From: Camelus dromedarius | Taxonomy: Eukaryota | Length of the DNA stretch: 64,000 nt | Assembly (NCBI RefSeq): GCF_036321535.1 | Contig: NC_087438.1 | Span: 8,744,001-8,808,000 of the forward strand | Direction of reading: 5' to 3' | Part shown: positions 1-11,395 of the stretch, piece after piece | How positions within the stretch are numbered: the stretch's first letter is position 1 | How the letters are laid out: each line of letters begins with the position of its first letter | The notes under the pieces: model-generated | What the model was told of the DNA's origin: nothing | The model's database searches: none | Seen by the model: the letters and a program-made list of their open reading frames with translations, nothing else | Made by a program: the position numbers and the translations under genes

Positions 1-213
1 AAACATAAAAAATATAGAAAATATAATCAAAGAAATGAAATTCACTTATAATTTCGCCATCCAGAAGTTATTATTTTCAACTCTTTGCTATGCTTTGCAT
101 TAATGTGTTTTGTATATATAAGCTCCCCGTGTCTTTCTTCCCTAATGGTGATTACTGCCATAAAATGGTGCTATTTTTTCCTAGCTACCATTTTGTAATT
201 TGTATTACTATTT

Positions 214-424
214 TTTTTGTTTTTTAAACATTTTTTATTGAGTTACAGCGATTTTACAATGTTGTGTCAAATTCCAGTGTACAGCACAATTTTTCAGTTG
301 TACATGAACATACATATTATTCATTGTCACTTTTTTTTCGCTATGAGCTACCACAAGATCTTGTATATATTTCCCTGTGCTACACAGTATAATCTTCTTT
401 CTCTATTCTACATATGCCTGTCAG
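214..424 (-). mobile_element. 5'-truncated young L1 3' end (camelid/cetartiodactyl type)
   Basis: Poly-T head followed by ttttattgagttacag...tgttgtgtcaaattccagtgtacagcacaat. 13-bp TSD tgtattactattt at 201-213 and 425-437. Closely similar to the copies at 17435 and 55021. Confidence 0.9.
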
Positions 425-519
425 TGTATTACTATTTATGCTTTATAGTACTGTTTTTTCTTTTAAAGCTTACATGTACAGGAAGTTAAGGTATATATCC
501 TTTTGCAATTTTTAAATGT

Positions 520-990
520 ACCATCACATTTTAGTTATTTTTCCTTGCTAGTACATATAGGTCAAGTTTATTCCTATTTGCTACTATAGAATATTCCACT
601 GTTCCAAAAAATTGTAGTGACTGTAATTCCTGAGAAGGAATTATGCACGTTCCCTGCTTTGCCATAACAAGCAGAGCGGTAGTGAAGATGCTTGGATGTG
701 TCTGCTCGGGCAGATGTGTTTCTCTGGGACGCACTGTTGGGTCGCTTCGTCTAGAGGGGTGTATTTACTTGCATCTTCAACTTTACTGGATGTCATCAGA
801 TTGCTCCTTGGGAAAGTTTTATCAGTTAATATTTTCACTGTCTGTAGATTAGCGTTTCCTCTTCCTCGCCCTCACTGCGTGGTTAAGTGTCGGATACTGG
901 TATTGATGGGGTAACTCATTTTCCTGTTAATTTGCATTTCTCTTGTTATAAGCGAAGGTCAAGAACTGTACATGTAATAGTTGTGATTCG
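520..990 (-). mobile_element. Old L1M (L1ME-like) fragment
   Basis: Degenerate antisense L1 motifs such as atagaatattccact, gtgaagatgcttggatgtgtc and ttaatttgcatttctc. Boundaries approximate. Confidence 0.6.
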
Positions 991-994
991 CACT

Positions 995-1290
995 TGCAGT
1001 GCCCTTCATTTCAGAGAATGACATCACTGTCCATCTGCTTGCACTAGCCAGAAACCTAGACGTCCTTCTTGGCTCTTCTGTCTCCCCCATTGACCATCAG
1101 TCTCTTTTGATTCTTCCTCCCAGTGTGTTTCACTTCTTCTCACTTACTGATATCACCACCAGCATCCTGGTCCAACCCATCGCTCTTGGTCAATATATAA
1201 TGATAGCTAGCTCCTAATTAGTCTCCCAGCACCCAGTTGTTAGATTTCGTTATCCAGCCCCACATCAACTAGGGTAATCACTTTTAGAGG
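995..1290 (+). mobile_element. L2 fragment
   Basis: Typical L2 text: catcactgtccatctg...gccagaaacctag...ccttcttggctc...caccagcatcctggtccaaccc...ctcctaattagtctccc. Confidence 0.7.
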
Positions 1291-1753
1291 AAATTGTAAA
1301 CCTACATTAATTTTTTAGTTGAGTAGTTAAAATGAGCAGACAATGGAATTCTGTCTGTCACACACGCACACACAGATATTTGCCAGCAGACCTAAAGAAA
1401 TAATTTGGTTTTCTAAGCCTCAGTTTAATTAATCCTCTTGTTCAAAATCTAGCAATATTTCTACACATCAATAAATTATTAACATAAGGCTTGGTGCTTT
1501 TTGCTATAATATTTCTTTATCTAAAATGAGATTTTTTTCTGTAAAATTAAACACAGTCACTTAAAAGCCTGGAGATCTTTCTCTAGTCCTTACTTATTAT
1601 CTACCAGCCATTTGACTGCCAATAAATTAAAGTCCAAGATGAGCTAACCAGGAATCTAAACATCAAACATGTCCTCACAATTGAAGGTTGTAAAATGATA
1701 TTGTAATGATCATCCATTTAAAGTATTCCATTTATCTTAGTATTTTTTCTCAG

Positions 1754-1805
1754 ATCATCATTATCTAAAATTACAGAGTACAGTTCATCTTTTCACGGGA
1801 CAGTG
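1754..1805 (+). CDS. Candidate 52-nt internal exon of an unidentified gene
   Basis: Acceptor tattttttctcag| and consensus donor GTG|gtaagt in unique DNA. Open in two frames: HHYLKLQSTVHLFTGQ or SSLSKITEYSSSFHGTV. Confidence 0.55.
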
Positions 1806-1977
1806 GTAAGTCAGATCTTTGGTCAGACAGTATTTTCTTACTTATAAATCTCTGATCATGAGCCCATTACATGTATTCTCATAAAAATGCAAGGCTAGAT
1901 AGTGCATTTCAATCAATTTCGGTCAGAGCTATTTGGATAGTTGCTTATTACAAGGGTTATATGTTAGACAATTTAAT

Positions 1978-2067
1978 TCTTTTTGTGTATATTTAGAGTG
2001 TTTTTTTTAAACCTTTTAAAAATCTTTTTGTGTATATTTAGAGTGTTTTTTTTAAAATCTTCTAAAA
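1978..2067. repeat. Local tandem duplication, period 45 bp
   Basis: The 34-mer tctttttgtgtatatttagagtgttttttttaaa is identical at 1978-2011 and 2023-2056. Confidence 0.9.
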
Positions 2068-2641
2068 AAAGGCTAGAATGTCATTTCCTATGTCCAAGTT
2101 AATGTATTGCAAGGTGACACTGCTTTTGTGCAGACAGTAATACAAGAATGTAAAGCTTTCATATATATCACAGATAACAAATTATTGTTGGGCTTTTAAA
2201 TATACTGGGTCATCTGTTGAAGAGTTTTATCTATACCAGTGCATTATTTAAGAGATGCTGTGGACTGGGGATGCCAAGCCACTAGCTTGAAATCTAAGTG
2301 AAATGTTTTGGTTTAGGCTTAGGAATGGTCTATATAAAGGAAGTTTTGAATTTTTCATGTGGTTACTGCCCTTAGAAACAACTTGTTACTGTTTTTCATA
2401 TCTCTACTACATATTTCCAAGGGAGAAGATGTTGAAGGCTCTGATATTTTAATTGCAATAATTGGACAAAGAGAATAATTGTTCTTATAATTATCACCAT
2501 GGTGGCAGCCCAAATATACACCAAATTATTTCATTTTTTTTGATTAGTTCTTCAAAGTACACCGAATAACTCTATTCGTCCTTTCTATGGAGAGGCAACA
2601 AGCCATCAGTTTTCTGCTATTCCTTGTTTGTGTCTTTACAG

Positions 2642-2813
2642 GTTCACAGGTTCACTAGAAAACCACCTTAATGCTTGGAGGAAACAGGAGGACCAGTACA
2701 TGGTCAGCCACTTACTATTTCTGATGGAGAGAAATACACTGTGTATCATCTTTGACCACTTTGCACGAAGCTTTATGAACTTGCTTGCCAGTGGTTCAGA
2801 CATCAGACTATAA
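2642..2813 (+). CDS. Candidate downstream or terminal exon of the same unidentified gene
   Basis: Polypyrimidine acceptor ttccttgtttgtgtctttacag|. Joining from 1805 gives either W-FTGSLENHLNAWRKQEDQYM...SDIRL* (stop 2811-2813) or VHRFTRKPP* (stop 2669-2671). Possible internal donor ATG|gtcagc at 2702. Confidence 0.4.
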
Positions 2814-3014
2814 ACTGCCTGATATAATGTCTCTACAATTAAGAGGGTTGTGGTGTATGTGTTGATTCCATCCTGCAAAGAAAATTCCTTTAACAAGTTA
2901 TAATCTGTTGATTCAGTCAAGAAATGACACTTTCCAATATGATTCTGGAAATCTGATTTTTAAAGAAAGAATGTTCTAGTTATAATAATTCAGTGATGAA
3001 TTATTTCATATCGA

Positions 3015-3465
3015 ATATTACTTTCCTAGGGCTGTCCAAAAGTGTCACAAACTGGGTGGCTTAAAAACAACACAAATTTATTCTTTCAAAGCTCCGGAGG
3101 ATGCAAGTTCTACTCAAGGTGTTGGCTGGTCCAGGCTGCATCCGTAGCTTTTAGGGGAAGATTGTTTCTTGCATCTTCCAGCTTTCGGTAATCTGCATTC
3201 CTTGATCTCGGCAGCATGACTCAAATCACTGCTTCCGTCTTCACAGGCTCCTCTCCTGTGTGTGTGTGTGCCCTCACAAAGCATTCTCTAAATTTCCCTC
3301 TTGTAAGGGCACCATATTGGATAAAGGGCCCACTCTAACCAGTATGAACCCATGTTAATTTAGCTGATTATATCTGCTAGGACCCCTTCCTCAAACAAGG
3401 TTTCATTCTGAGGTACTTGGGGTTAGAATTTTAAGATATCCTTTGGGGGAGGGGACATAAATAAG
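3015..3465 (-). mobile_element. MaLR solo LTR (MLT1-type)
   Basis: ttcctagggctg...aaactgggtggcttaaaaacaacacaaatttattc...ttcattctgaggtacttggggttag...ggggacataa, all typical MLT1 motifs. Confidence 0.85.
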
Positions 3466-3844
3466 CGATAATTAATGACTATCTAAAAATATTAAATAAT
3501 GATTGCTAACTGCTGGGTATATGCGGATGGAGCTTCTGTTACCATGCAAGTTTCACAAGAGTGGAAATAAATTGTTTATTTTTGTAAACTAGAAATTCAT
3601 AACGTGTGAAAGTGTGTGCTCAGGGTAACTGGATAACGGTGTGCTCTGCACAGTTTGCAGGTAAAACTGCTCCATCGTATTCATCAACTCAGGAAAATTC
3701 ACCTATAAAATTATCATCGCCCAATGGTCAGTTAACTTTTATTCTTTACTAATGTGTTGTTTTTGTGTTCCTTAATTTGTTAAAATGAAATAAACTCAAT
3801 GACTATCTGTATCACAGCATTATTTTCATGTGCCTTATGGAATA

Positions 3845-4090
3845 CTCTCGAGGGCAAAAACAGAACTCTGGAGACAGACTGAATAATCTGGAATCCGGGC
3901 TCTGCCACTTACCAGGAATACGACCTTGGGCCATTTGTCTATCATCTCTCTCCCTCCTTGTCTTTAACTGTACAAGAAGGATAGCTCCTTGATAAGATTG
4001 TTTTAAAATAAGGCCCATCTTCTAAATTATGTAAAAAAGAGTCTGACAAATAAGAAATTTCTTAATAAATATTTTCTATTGTGGTTATTG
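3845..4090 (+). mobile_element. MIR SINE
   Basis: MIR core ggaatccgggctctgccacttaccag...gaccttgggc, with a 3' taataaatattttctatt end. Confidence 0.75.
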
Positions 4091-4299
4091 TTGAAACATC
4101 CAATCCTTATTTAATATATGAAATAATTACTACCTTTTAGAGGAATAAAGCATAATTAATTATTCATAAAAGGAGACCTAGAACAATTTAGCTCCAACTT
4201 ACATGCCTTTCAGCCAGTGCCATTCCGGCTGCCCCAGTTGGGATGGATGTTAGCTTGGAGAGCTTCCAGGTTTTTGCATCCTGTCTGTTCCGTATCTTT

Positions 4300-5125
4300 T
4301 GTAAATATACAGCATAGTTTAATGAATGCAGTAATACCTTTATTCATTTATTATTGAAATTGGAAAACTTTCCATGACTTTACATTCTAAAATTTTGGAA
4401 ATTAGAGTCCACAACATGGAATTAACATTGTATTTGGCATTCTCTTACTGACAGGTATATGGGTGGCTTCCACTCTTACACATAAATCTGCTGTAAGAAT
4501 CTCTGTGTGTGTCTCTTCAGGCACAGGTACACATTTTTACTGTGGTAAATGTCTAGAAGCAAATTTTTCTGGGTTACAAATTATACGGCTTTTAATTTTG
4601 CAGACTCTGTTAAATTGCCTCTAAAATAGTTATTTATCTTTATGGTCTGATGTCTTTGCGGTGCCTGCTAATATTCATTTCCAAATATTCTCAGAGATGC
4701 TTCATATTCTCAACATTTTAATATTTGACAATTTTATGTCAGGATGTACTGCCATATTATTTTTATTTTAAATTACTCTAATGAAGTTAGGAATCACTTT
4801 CTACTTTAGTCATTGCATTGCTTCTTCTCTGAATTTCCTGGTTAAACACGTCACTGGTTTTTTCTACTGAGCTAACTCTTCTCTTTCTCTGATGTATAGT
4901 CTACGTCCCCCATCAAGGTGGTACATTTGTTGCAACTGATGACCGTTAATAGCACATCCTACTCACCTCCATTGCTTATGTTCGAATTCACTCTTGGTGT
5001 TGTATGTTCTATGGGTTGGGACAAATGTATAAATGACACGTATCTACCACTGTAGTATTTATACAGAGTATTTTTGCTGTTCAAAAAATCTTCTGTGCTC
5101 TGCTTATTCATTCATCTTTTCCCAG
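4300..5125 (-). mobile_element. Old L1M fragments (L1ME-like, plus an L1MC-like 3' end at about 4905-5125)
   Basis: Antisense L1 motifs, including ggtacatttgttgcaactgatgac...ttcactcttggtgttgtatgttctatgggttgggacaaatg. Confidence 0.65.
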
Positions 5126-5732
5126 ACATAGACTTTTAAACAGTATAATTAATTTGTTCAAGAAATTGAAAAAAATCAGCAGAGAACTGGAAGTCATACA
5201 AAACATAAAATTTAAAATACATAACTAATACCTACAGTTTCTGAAATTAAGAATTCATTGGGTGAGTTTCACAACAGTTTAGACCTATTAAGACAGAATT
5301 AGTGCCTGAAAGTTAGTTTCAAAAAAAGTTTGAGATGGAAGTGCAGAGAGGAAAAATAATTGCAAAACGTGGAAAAGACTGTAAGAGACACATGGAATAC
5401 AGGGAAAGTGCTAACCTATATGTAGTTGAAGTGACAAAAAATAGAAGAGAGAGGGAATACTTGATGAAATGATTAGTAACATTTTTTTGAAAACAAGAGA
5501 CAAAAGTCACAAAATCAAGCCAGTTAGAACCCAAATGTAAATGATGCTTTAAAGCCACTCTGGGGCACATCAAAATGTAACTGTCAGAAACTGCCATATG
5601 GGATGTAAACTTAAAGCAGCCAGAATATAAAGAGAAAAAAAGGCTCCTTAAATGAGCAATAATAAAATTGAACACTGACATCTTAACTGAAACAAAGAAA
5701 TCCAAAGACAGTGGAATGGTATCTTAAAAACA

Positions 5733-5863
5733 CAAATTTGAAAAGACATATACACCCCAGTGTTCATAGTGGCATTATTTACAATAGCCAAGATGTGGAG
5801 GCAACCTAAAAGTGTCCAACAGCAGATGACTGGATAAAGATGTTTTAGCTGTATACACATACA

Positions 5864-5909
<46 letters not shown>

Positions 5910-6362
5910 GGGATGTTGATCAGCCATCAAAGAGTGAAATTTTGCCATTTGCAGTAACATGGATGGACCTGGAAGGTATTAAGCTTAGTGACTTAAGTCA
6001 GAGAGAGAAAGACAGATACTGCCGTTATATGTGGAATCTAAAAGATAAATAAATGAATATAACAGAACAGAAACAGACTCACAGATAAAGAGAACGAACT
6101 AGTCGTTACCAGTGGAGAGATGGAAGAGGGGAGCGGCAAGACAGGGGTAAGGGACTAAGTGGTACAAACTATTACATAAGGTAAATAGGCTATAAAATAT
6201 TTTGCACAACGTGGGAAATATAGCCAATATTTTATAACAACTTTTAATGGAGTATAATCTATAAAATATTGAATCACTCTGCTGTACACCTGAAACTAAT
6301 GTAATACTGTAGATTAACTATATTTCAATAAAAAAAATCATGTTCTACACTTGGAAAAAAAA
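5733..6362 (+). mobile_element. Younger L1 ORF2 end and 3' UTR
   Basis: tgttcatagtggcattatttacaatagccaag...ttgccatttgcagtaacatggatggacctgga...gctgtacacctgaaactaat...caataaaaaaa. Confidence 0.9.
5867..5906. repeat. (AC)20 microsatellite inside the L1 3' region
   Basis: Pure AC dinucleotide run. Confidence 0.95.
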
Positions 6363-7199
6363 CCACTGAAGAAATACAAGTGCCAACCTTCTATACCTAG
6401 CCAAAAATGTATTTTAAATATGAAGGTCTAATGAAGATTCTTCACAAAAGCAAACTCTGATACAATTGGTCACTACAAAAGCAAAATAGAAAAAGATAAT
6501 CTTGACACATACAGTGTAGAAAATACAGTGGCAATAGGTAAATATATGGGATTCTAACTGAATATAACTGCAGAAAGCAAAACCCAGAATGTCCAGTTTG
6601 GTTAAAATATTTATGGAATTAAAATATGCCTCAATGTTATGATGTGAGATGGCAGTGGATGAGTTAAATTCTCCCTTTGTTCAGGAAGTAGTAAAGAAGA
6701 GGAATATAAATATTAGACATCGACACATCAGGAGTTCACTTTGTAATCTCTATGGCCATTGGTCATAGTGTCTATTCATTTTTAACTGAAATTTAATAAG
6801 AAATTCTGTTCCTTACTCATACTTGCATTGCTTACAAATCAAAGATGTGCTGTAGGAAGGGCGGCCGTAGACCCACAGCCCATCCCTTCTTAAGCCACTT
6901 ACTAGAGTTTGAACCTTCATCAGGCAAGGGGCTAAAGACTGAAGTGCGAAGCTTCTAAATGTCAGAACTTAAGGAACAGAGATTCTTGAGAAATTCATCA
7001 AAAGCCCGAGAGAGCCGTGCATGAAGATCAAGGGTGAGCTGATACAGATGTGGGCTGAATCCTAAGAGAAGTTCAGTTCTCTTTGGCCCCAGTACTTGGT
7101 TGAGTTGAAGTGATCCTCTCTTTACGTTTTCTACCTGAGAGGAGAGAGGAACTCTCTGGAGAAGTGTATCTAGAGTTTCATTTTTATTTCATAACAATG

Positions 7200-7700
7200 T
7201 TCAGCATAAAATAATAATTTACTAGACAGGCGAAGAGACAGAAAGAAAAACGTGATAGATAATAGACAGAACACAGCAGAGCTTCAGAGACGTGGGAGGG
7301 GGAACTAGTCAAAGATCTGATGTTTATAAACTTGAAATCTCAGAAGAACAGGGAGAGAGAATGAGGAAGCAGAATTCTTTGATAAAATTAAGGCTGAGAA
7401 TTTTCCTAAACTGAAGAAAGACATTAAACAAACAATATAATAAATAGATATTGTGTTTTACGTTCATGCAGTGGGACATCGTACAGCAGTAATAATGCCA
7501 CAATATGAATGAAGCTCACAAATATAATGTTGAACAAAAGAACCTGGATACAAAAGAATGAATTGTGTGATTTTGTTATATAAATTTCAAAACCATAGAA
7601 TACTAATTTATACTGTCAGAAGTCAGGACATTTGTCACCTCTGGGAGCAGGAAGTGGGTATTGATTGGGAAGGTACATTTTGGGGTTTTCTGGAGTAGGG
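7200..7700 (+). mobile_element. Old L1M fragments
   Basis: ggctgagaattttcctaaactgaagaaagac (ORF1 region) and tgaatgaagctcacaaatataatgttgaacaaaagaacc (L1ME-like 3' region). Confidence 0.6.
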
Positions 7701-8016
7701 TTTTAGTTGAATAATTTGCTGCCCTCTAAAATAAAAGGAGGATATTAGTAGCAAAAAAAAAAAAAAAAAAAAAAAGAAAAGGAAGAATGGATTTCAAATA
7801 GATAATGCTGCCTTAAACTTCTTGAAACCCAACCCCCTGAATGTACAAATAGCTCTCCACCCACACTGTCCTTCTTGGACACTACTGCTATCTGTCTCTG
7901 TGATGTTCTTCCTGCCGCAGTAAGTCTAATAATGTTAACTTCAAGATGCCCATCCACCTACTCCTACACACAGAGATAAATCAAGGTATAAGTTTATATA
8001 TGTGTCTATATGGATA

Positions 8017-8526
8017 TGTCACATGAAAAAAAGACACAGCCTAAAAGTTGAGGTTTATGTTTTATTTGGTGGACTTCCTGGGGACTTACTTGAGCCTGGG
8101 AGACAGCCTCTCAGATGATTCTGAGGGGCTGCTCTGAAGACGTAGGGGAGGAGCCAGGATGTATAGGAGTTTTGCAACAAAGACCAGGTAGTCAGAATAT
8201 CAAAAGATTCCTGTTAATTAAGTAATACCAGACATCTCAAGTTAAGGAATTTAGTGCTCTCCTCTGTATGGGAAGGAGCAAAAGTCTATGCTCGTTGGAA
8301 TCATTCCTTTCACGTGCACCTGGGTGTCTGGGGCCAGTGTCCTGTTCTTTCTGGTGCCGAGTCCCCTCAGGGGACACCGCTGGGGGTGGCTGCAGAGGCC
8401 AGGCTTCCTGCTTATCTCCATGCTGAATTCCCTCCCATCCTCCCGGGGGCAAATGTAGTGGCTGATGACTTCATGGCCCTAGTATCCTTTGTTTACTGAA
8501 ATGGCAGGCAACGTTTTTCATTCACA
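8017..8526 (-). mobile_element. ERV1-class solo LTR
   Basis: TG...CA termini, about 510 bp, with 4-bp flanks gata/ggta. Antisense AATAAA (tttatt) near 8060. Body gagacagcctctcagat...ggaggagccagga...catctcaagttaaggaatttag. Confidence 0.8.
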
Positions 8527-8645
8527 GGTATTATTTCAGTGGTCTTTTTGGTAATTCACTAATCAAAAGCCCTATTTTCTGGATCGGAGGCTCATATTAG
8601 CAGCCCATTAATAGGCTTCTATATGCAAAGTATACACGTGTTTTA

Positions 8646-8841
8646 TTTTATTTTATTTTATTTTATTTTTTTATTGAACTATAGTCAGTGTATACTGTTG
8701 TGTCAGTTTCAGGTGTACAGCATAATGTTTCAGTCATACACATACATACACGTATTCATTTTCATATTCTTTTTCATTACTTGCAGATTATTACAAGATA
8801 CTGAATATGGTTCCCGGTGCTAGACAGAAGCAGCGTTGTTT
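8646..8841 (-). mobile_element. 5'-truncated L1 3' end with (TTTTA)n tail
   Basis: ttattgaactatagtcag...tttcaggtgtacagc...ttacaagatactgaatatggttccc. TSD tacacgtgtttta (8633-8645) versus tacacgcatttta (8842-8854). Confidence 0.85.
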
Positions 8842-9049
8842 TACACGCATTTTAGACAGTCCCTTTCTTGAACATGTCCAAGAAATCTAAGAGCTTGTGC
8901 TGTACCCGCATTCATTTCACCCTGAAAAATCAAAAACTGATGAAGTTCACGGACAACATAAACGTCTTAAGAATCTTAAGGGATTGTTGTGTCGAGGGTA
9001 GACCTTTCCTTGAAAGCAGGGGAGGGTTTGTATAGATTCACTTGGAGAA

Positions 9050-9470
9050 GGGCACTGACGTCCCCTCGTGACTCTCCTTTTGCTCACGTGCTGTCACTTT
9101 GCTGGTATGGAAGCGGGGCTTGATGAGGCTTTCCTATTCTTCGGAAGCCCTGAACGCATGATGGCATGGGGATTGGGAGAGTAGTCTGTCCCAAAAGGAG
9201 GCAAAGACAGCCTGCTTAGCTCTTAAATTAAAACGAAGAGAAGGCATTTGATGCTCACACATGGTCCAGGCTATTGATTAACGAGATGCCTAGGCTGCTT
9301 GCTAATAAAACTCTCCCTTCCTGGAGGTGTTTTTTTTTTACCAACAGCCTCGTGACCTGAGCAAGACTAAGAATTCTTGGTCAGAGCCACTGACTCAGAG
9401 GAGCGGCCCTGAAGCTTTGAATCATTCGTGTGACGTGCCAGTCACCTGACAAGTCATGGCAATTAGACGT
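9050..9470. promoter_or_regulatory. Candidate enhancer (AP-1, CRE-like and E-box cluster)
   Basis: TGACGTC 9056-9062, CACGTG 9085-9090, TGACTCA 9391-9397, TGACGT 9431-9436. CpGs are retained in non-repeat DNA. Confidence 0.35.
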
Positions 9471-11267
9471 GAACTTTCAAATCATTAAATTATTCAAGTG
9501 TGGGAAATTATAAGTTCTTAAATTACCAACCGATCCAAATATTTTTTTCTGCTAAGAGGAACATTTCTGCATTAAAGGGCCATTACTTCCTAGAGTCACA
9601 CAGTGTTATCTTTAGCAGATACTCATCCAGACTTGTACGTGTTCACAGGAGTCATTCGGAAGTCCCAGATTTCAGCAGCTATTACACAGATGAAGTAAAT
9701 ATAAACCAACACAGAAACAGGCAGTCACAGTGGGCCTCCTGTTGGAGCATAGTTTATCACAACTAAAATAGTGATTATCGGTAGAGCTGACAATTCCAAT
9801 TAGCTAACAAAATATATCAGGAGAAACACCTTAACACCTGTAAGATTGTTGTGTGTTGAGCATCATAAAATTCAGCATATTCCTTTGAATTACTAACTGG
9901 GAACTTCTAAAACTAGACGGTGATGTCATATTTATTCAAAATTTCTGTCATTTGGATTTTCAAAACTGTTTTAAAACCTAGGTGTTAAGTCTTCATGGAT
10001 ATTACACATTATGCATTTTGTTCTTTCTAATCTGATTGAATTTCTGGAAGACTGTGACATCTTTTGACTTATTGCAAAACAAATAAGGCAACAGTAAAAA
10101 TGAGCTTCGTGTTGTTTTGAATCTCCTTGCAGATCAGAGCTCGAGCTCACAGGCATCCATAACCTGAATATAAAGATGTTTTGATAAACTCTTGCATGTA
10201 ATTCTTAGAATAATGAAAAAAAATGTAATAATTAATGCAAAGTTAAAATATAAGTCATTATGACTATGTAATGCTTATAACTGGGGCTTTCTCTCACTAA
10301 AGTGGGATATTTAGAAGAATGTAAATGATATGTGGCCACATTCAATTAGCACAGTTTCCACAAAGTGATGATAATGATGATAATTACAAGATACGGTTTC
10401 CTTGGCTACTACACAGGGTGTAGAAGGTCTCAGACTAAGCCCAGGTGGTCAGTGGGGCTAAAAGTCGTGGCACAATCTGCAGAGCAGACCAGGGAGCTTA
10501 GTTCAAGGTTGCATCAGCCTGGAAATTGTAGAAGTGGCACCAAGGGTGAGTATTAGCTAGCCCATCAATGGGTGATTGATGATGAATTAGAGCAGGAAGT
10601 GAGTTTATTACTATAATTTAAGGAGTAATGGGAGGCATCAGAAGGTTTTTTTATTATACTCTCTAAAATACTTCCCTTTAATTTGTTTATTAAAGAAACA
10701 ATGTCCTAAAATATATGATATGCATTGAGGGACATATTATTGAATACTGAATGGTCTCTCTCCTCAAATAAATGACAGTCCAGCTAAGATAGCAGATTAT
10801 TTTTTTCAGTTTCAGTGAATGTTGCCTGTGAAGGTATAAACTCAGGGCTTGGGGAGTACACAGCAGGAAGAAAACCCTCTGAAAGCTGCAGAAATACCAG
10901 AAGGCGGCACATGGAACAGGAGTGTTGAGAGATATAAGATACAGCATTAAGGGAGAGGTCTTTTGAAATGTGCAGAAAGAGTCAAACCTGGGTCTGGTGG
11001 TAAGCAGAGGGCTGATGTCCACTGGAGAAAGACTGATTGGTGCTCCTGGTAGGTGGTAATTGTTGGAGCAAGATCGGCTCTAGGCAGGGACTGGGTAAAT
11101 TTTACAGTTAGACATTCATTATAGTAGATAAATTCCCTCTTTTAAAATGCAAAGGTAGGCACTAGTTAAGCACACAATAAGTCAGATTTCTTAATAGCAG
11201 ACAAGCTAAATGAAACTCAAGCACATGGTAGGAATTTAGGAAAGTTTTCTTGACTTCTATCTAAAAG

Positions 11268-11395
11268 CAATTCTTCTCAACCCTGTGTGACATTACCCTC
11301 CAGGAGACATTTGCAAATGACTGGAGACATGTTGTTTGTCACAACTGGAGAAGGGACACTCTTGGCATCTACTGGGTAGAGGCTGAGGATGATCC
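11268..11395. mobile_element. MER20-like hAT-Charlie DNA transposon fragment
   Basis: ttctcaacc...ggagacatttgcaaatgactggagacatgttgtttgtcacaactgg...ggcatctactgggtagaggc. Confidence 0.75.

Larger units (their letters stand above)
5160..6750 (+). mobile_element. Old L1 ORF1-region fragment, interrupted by a younger L1
   Basis: A-rich ORF1-like text (gaattcattgggtgagtttcacaacag, gacagtggaatggtatctt). It resumes after 6362 with ttctatacctagccaaaaatgtattttaaatatgaagg. Confidence 0.65.

Noticed and set aside
217..489. 90-aa ORF, and the similar ORFs at 8623 and 55108
   Set aside because: They are antisense readings of L1 3' UTR copies; the shared peptide text reflects the repeat, not a gene family.
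5648..5960. Cys/Val-repeat ORFs
   Set aside because: Translation of the (AC)n microsatellite within an L1.
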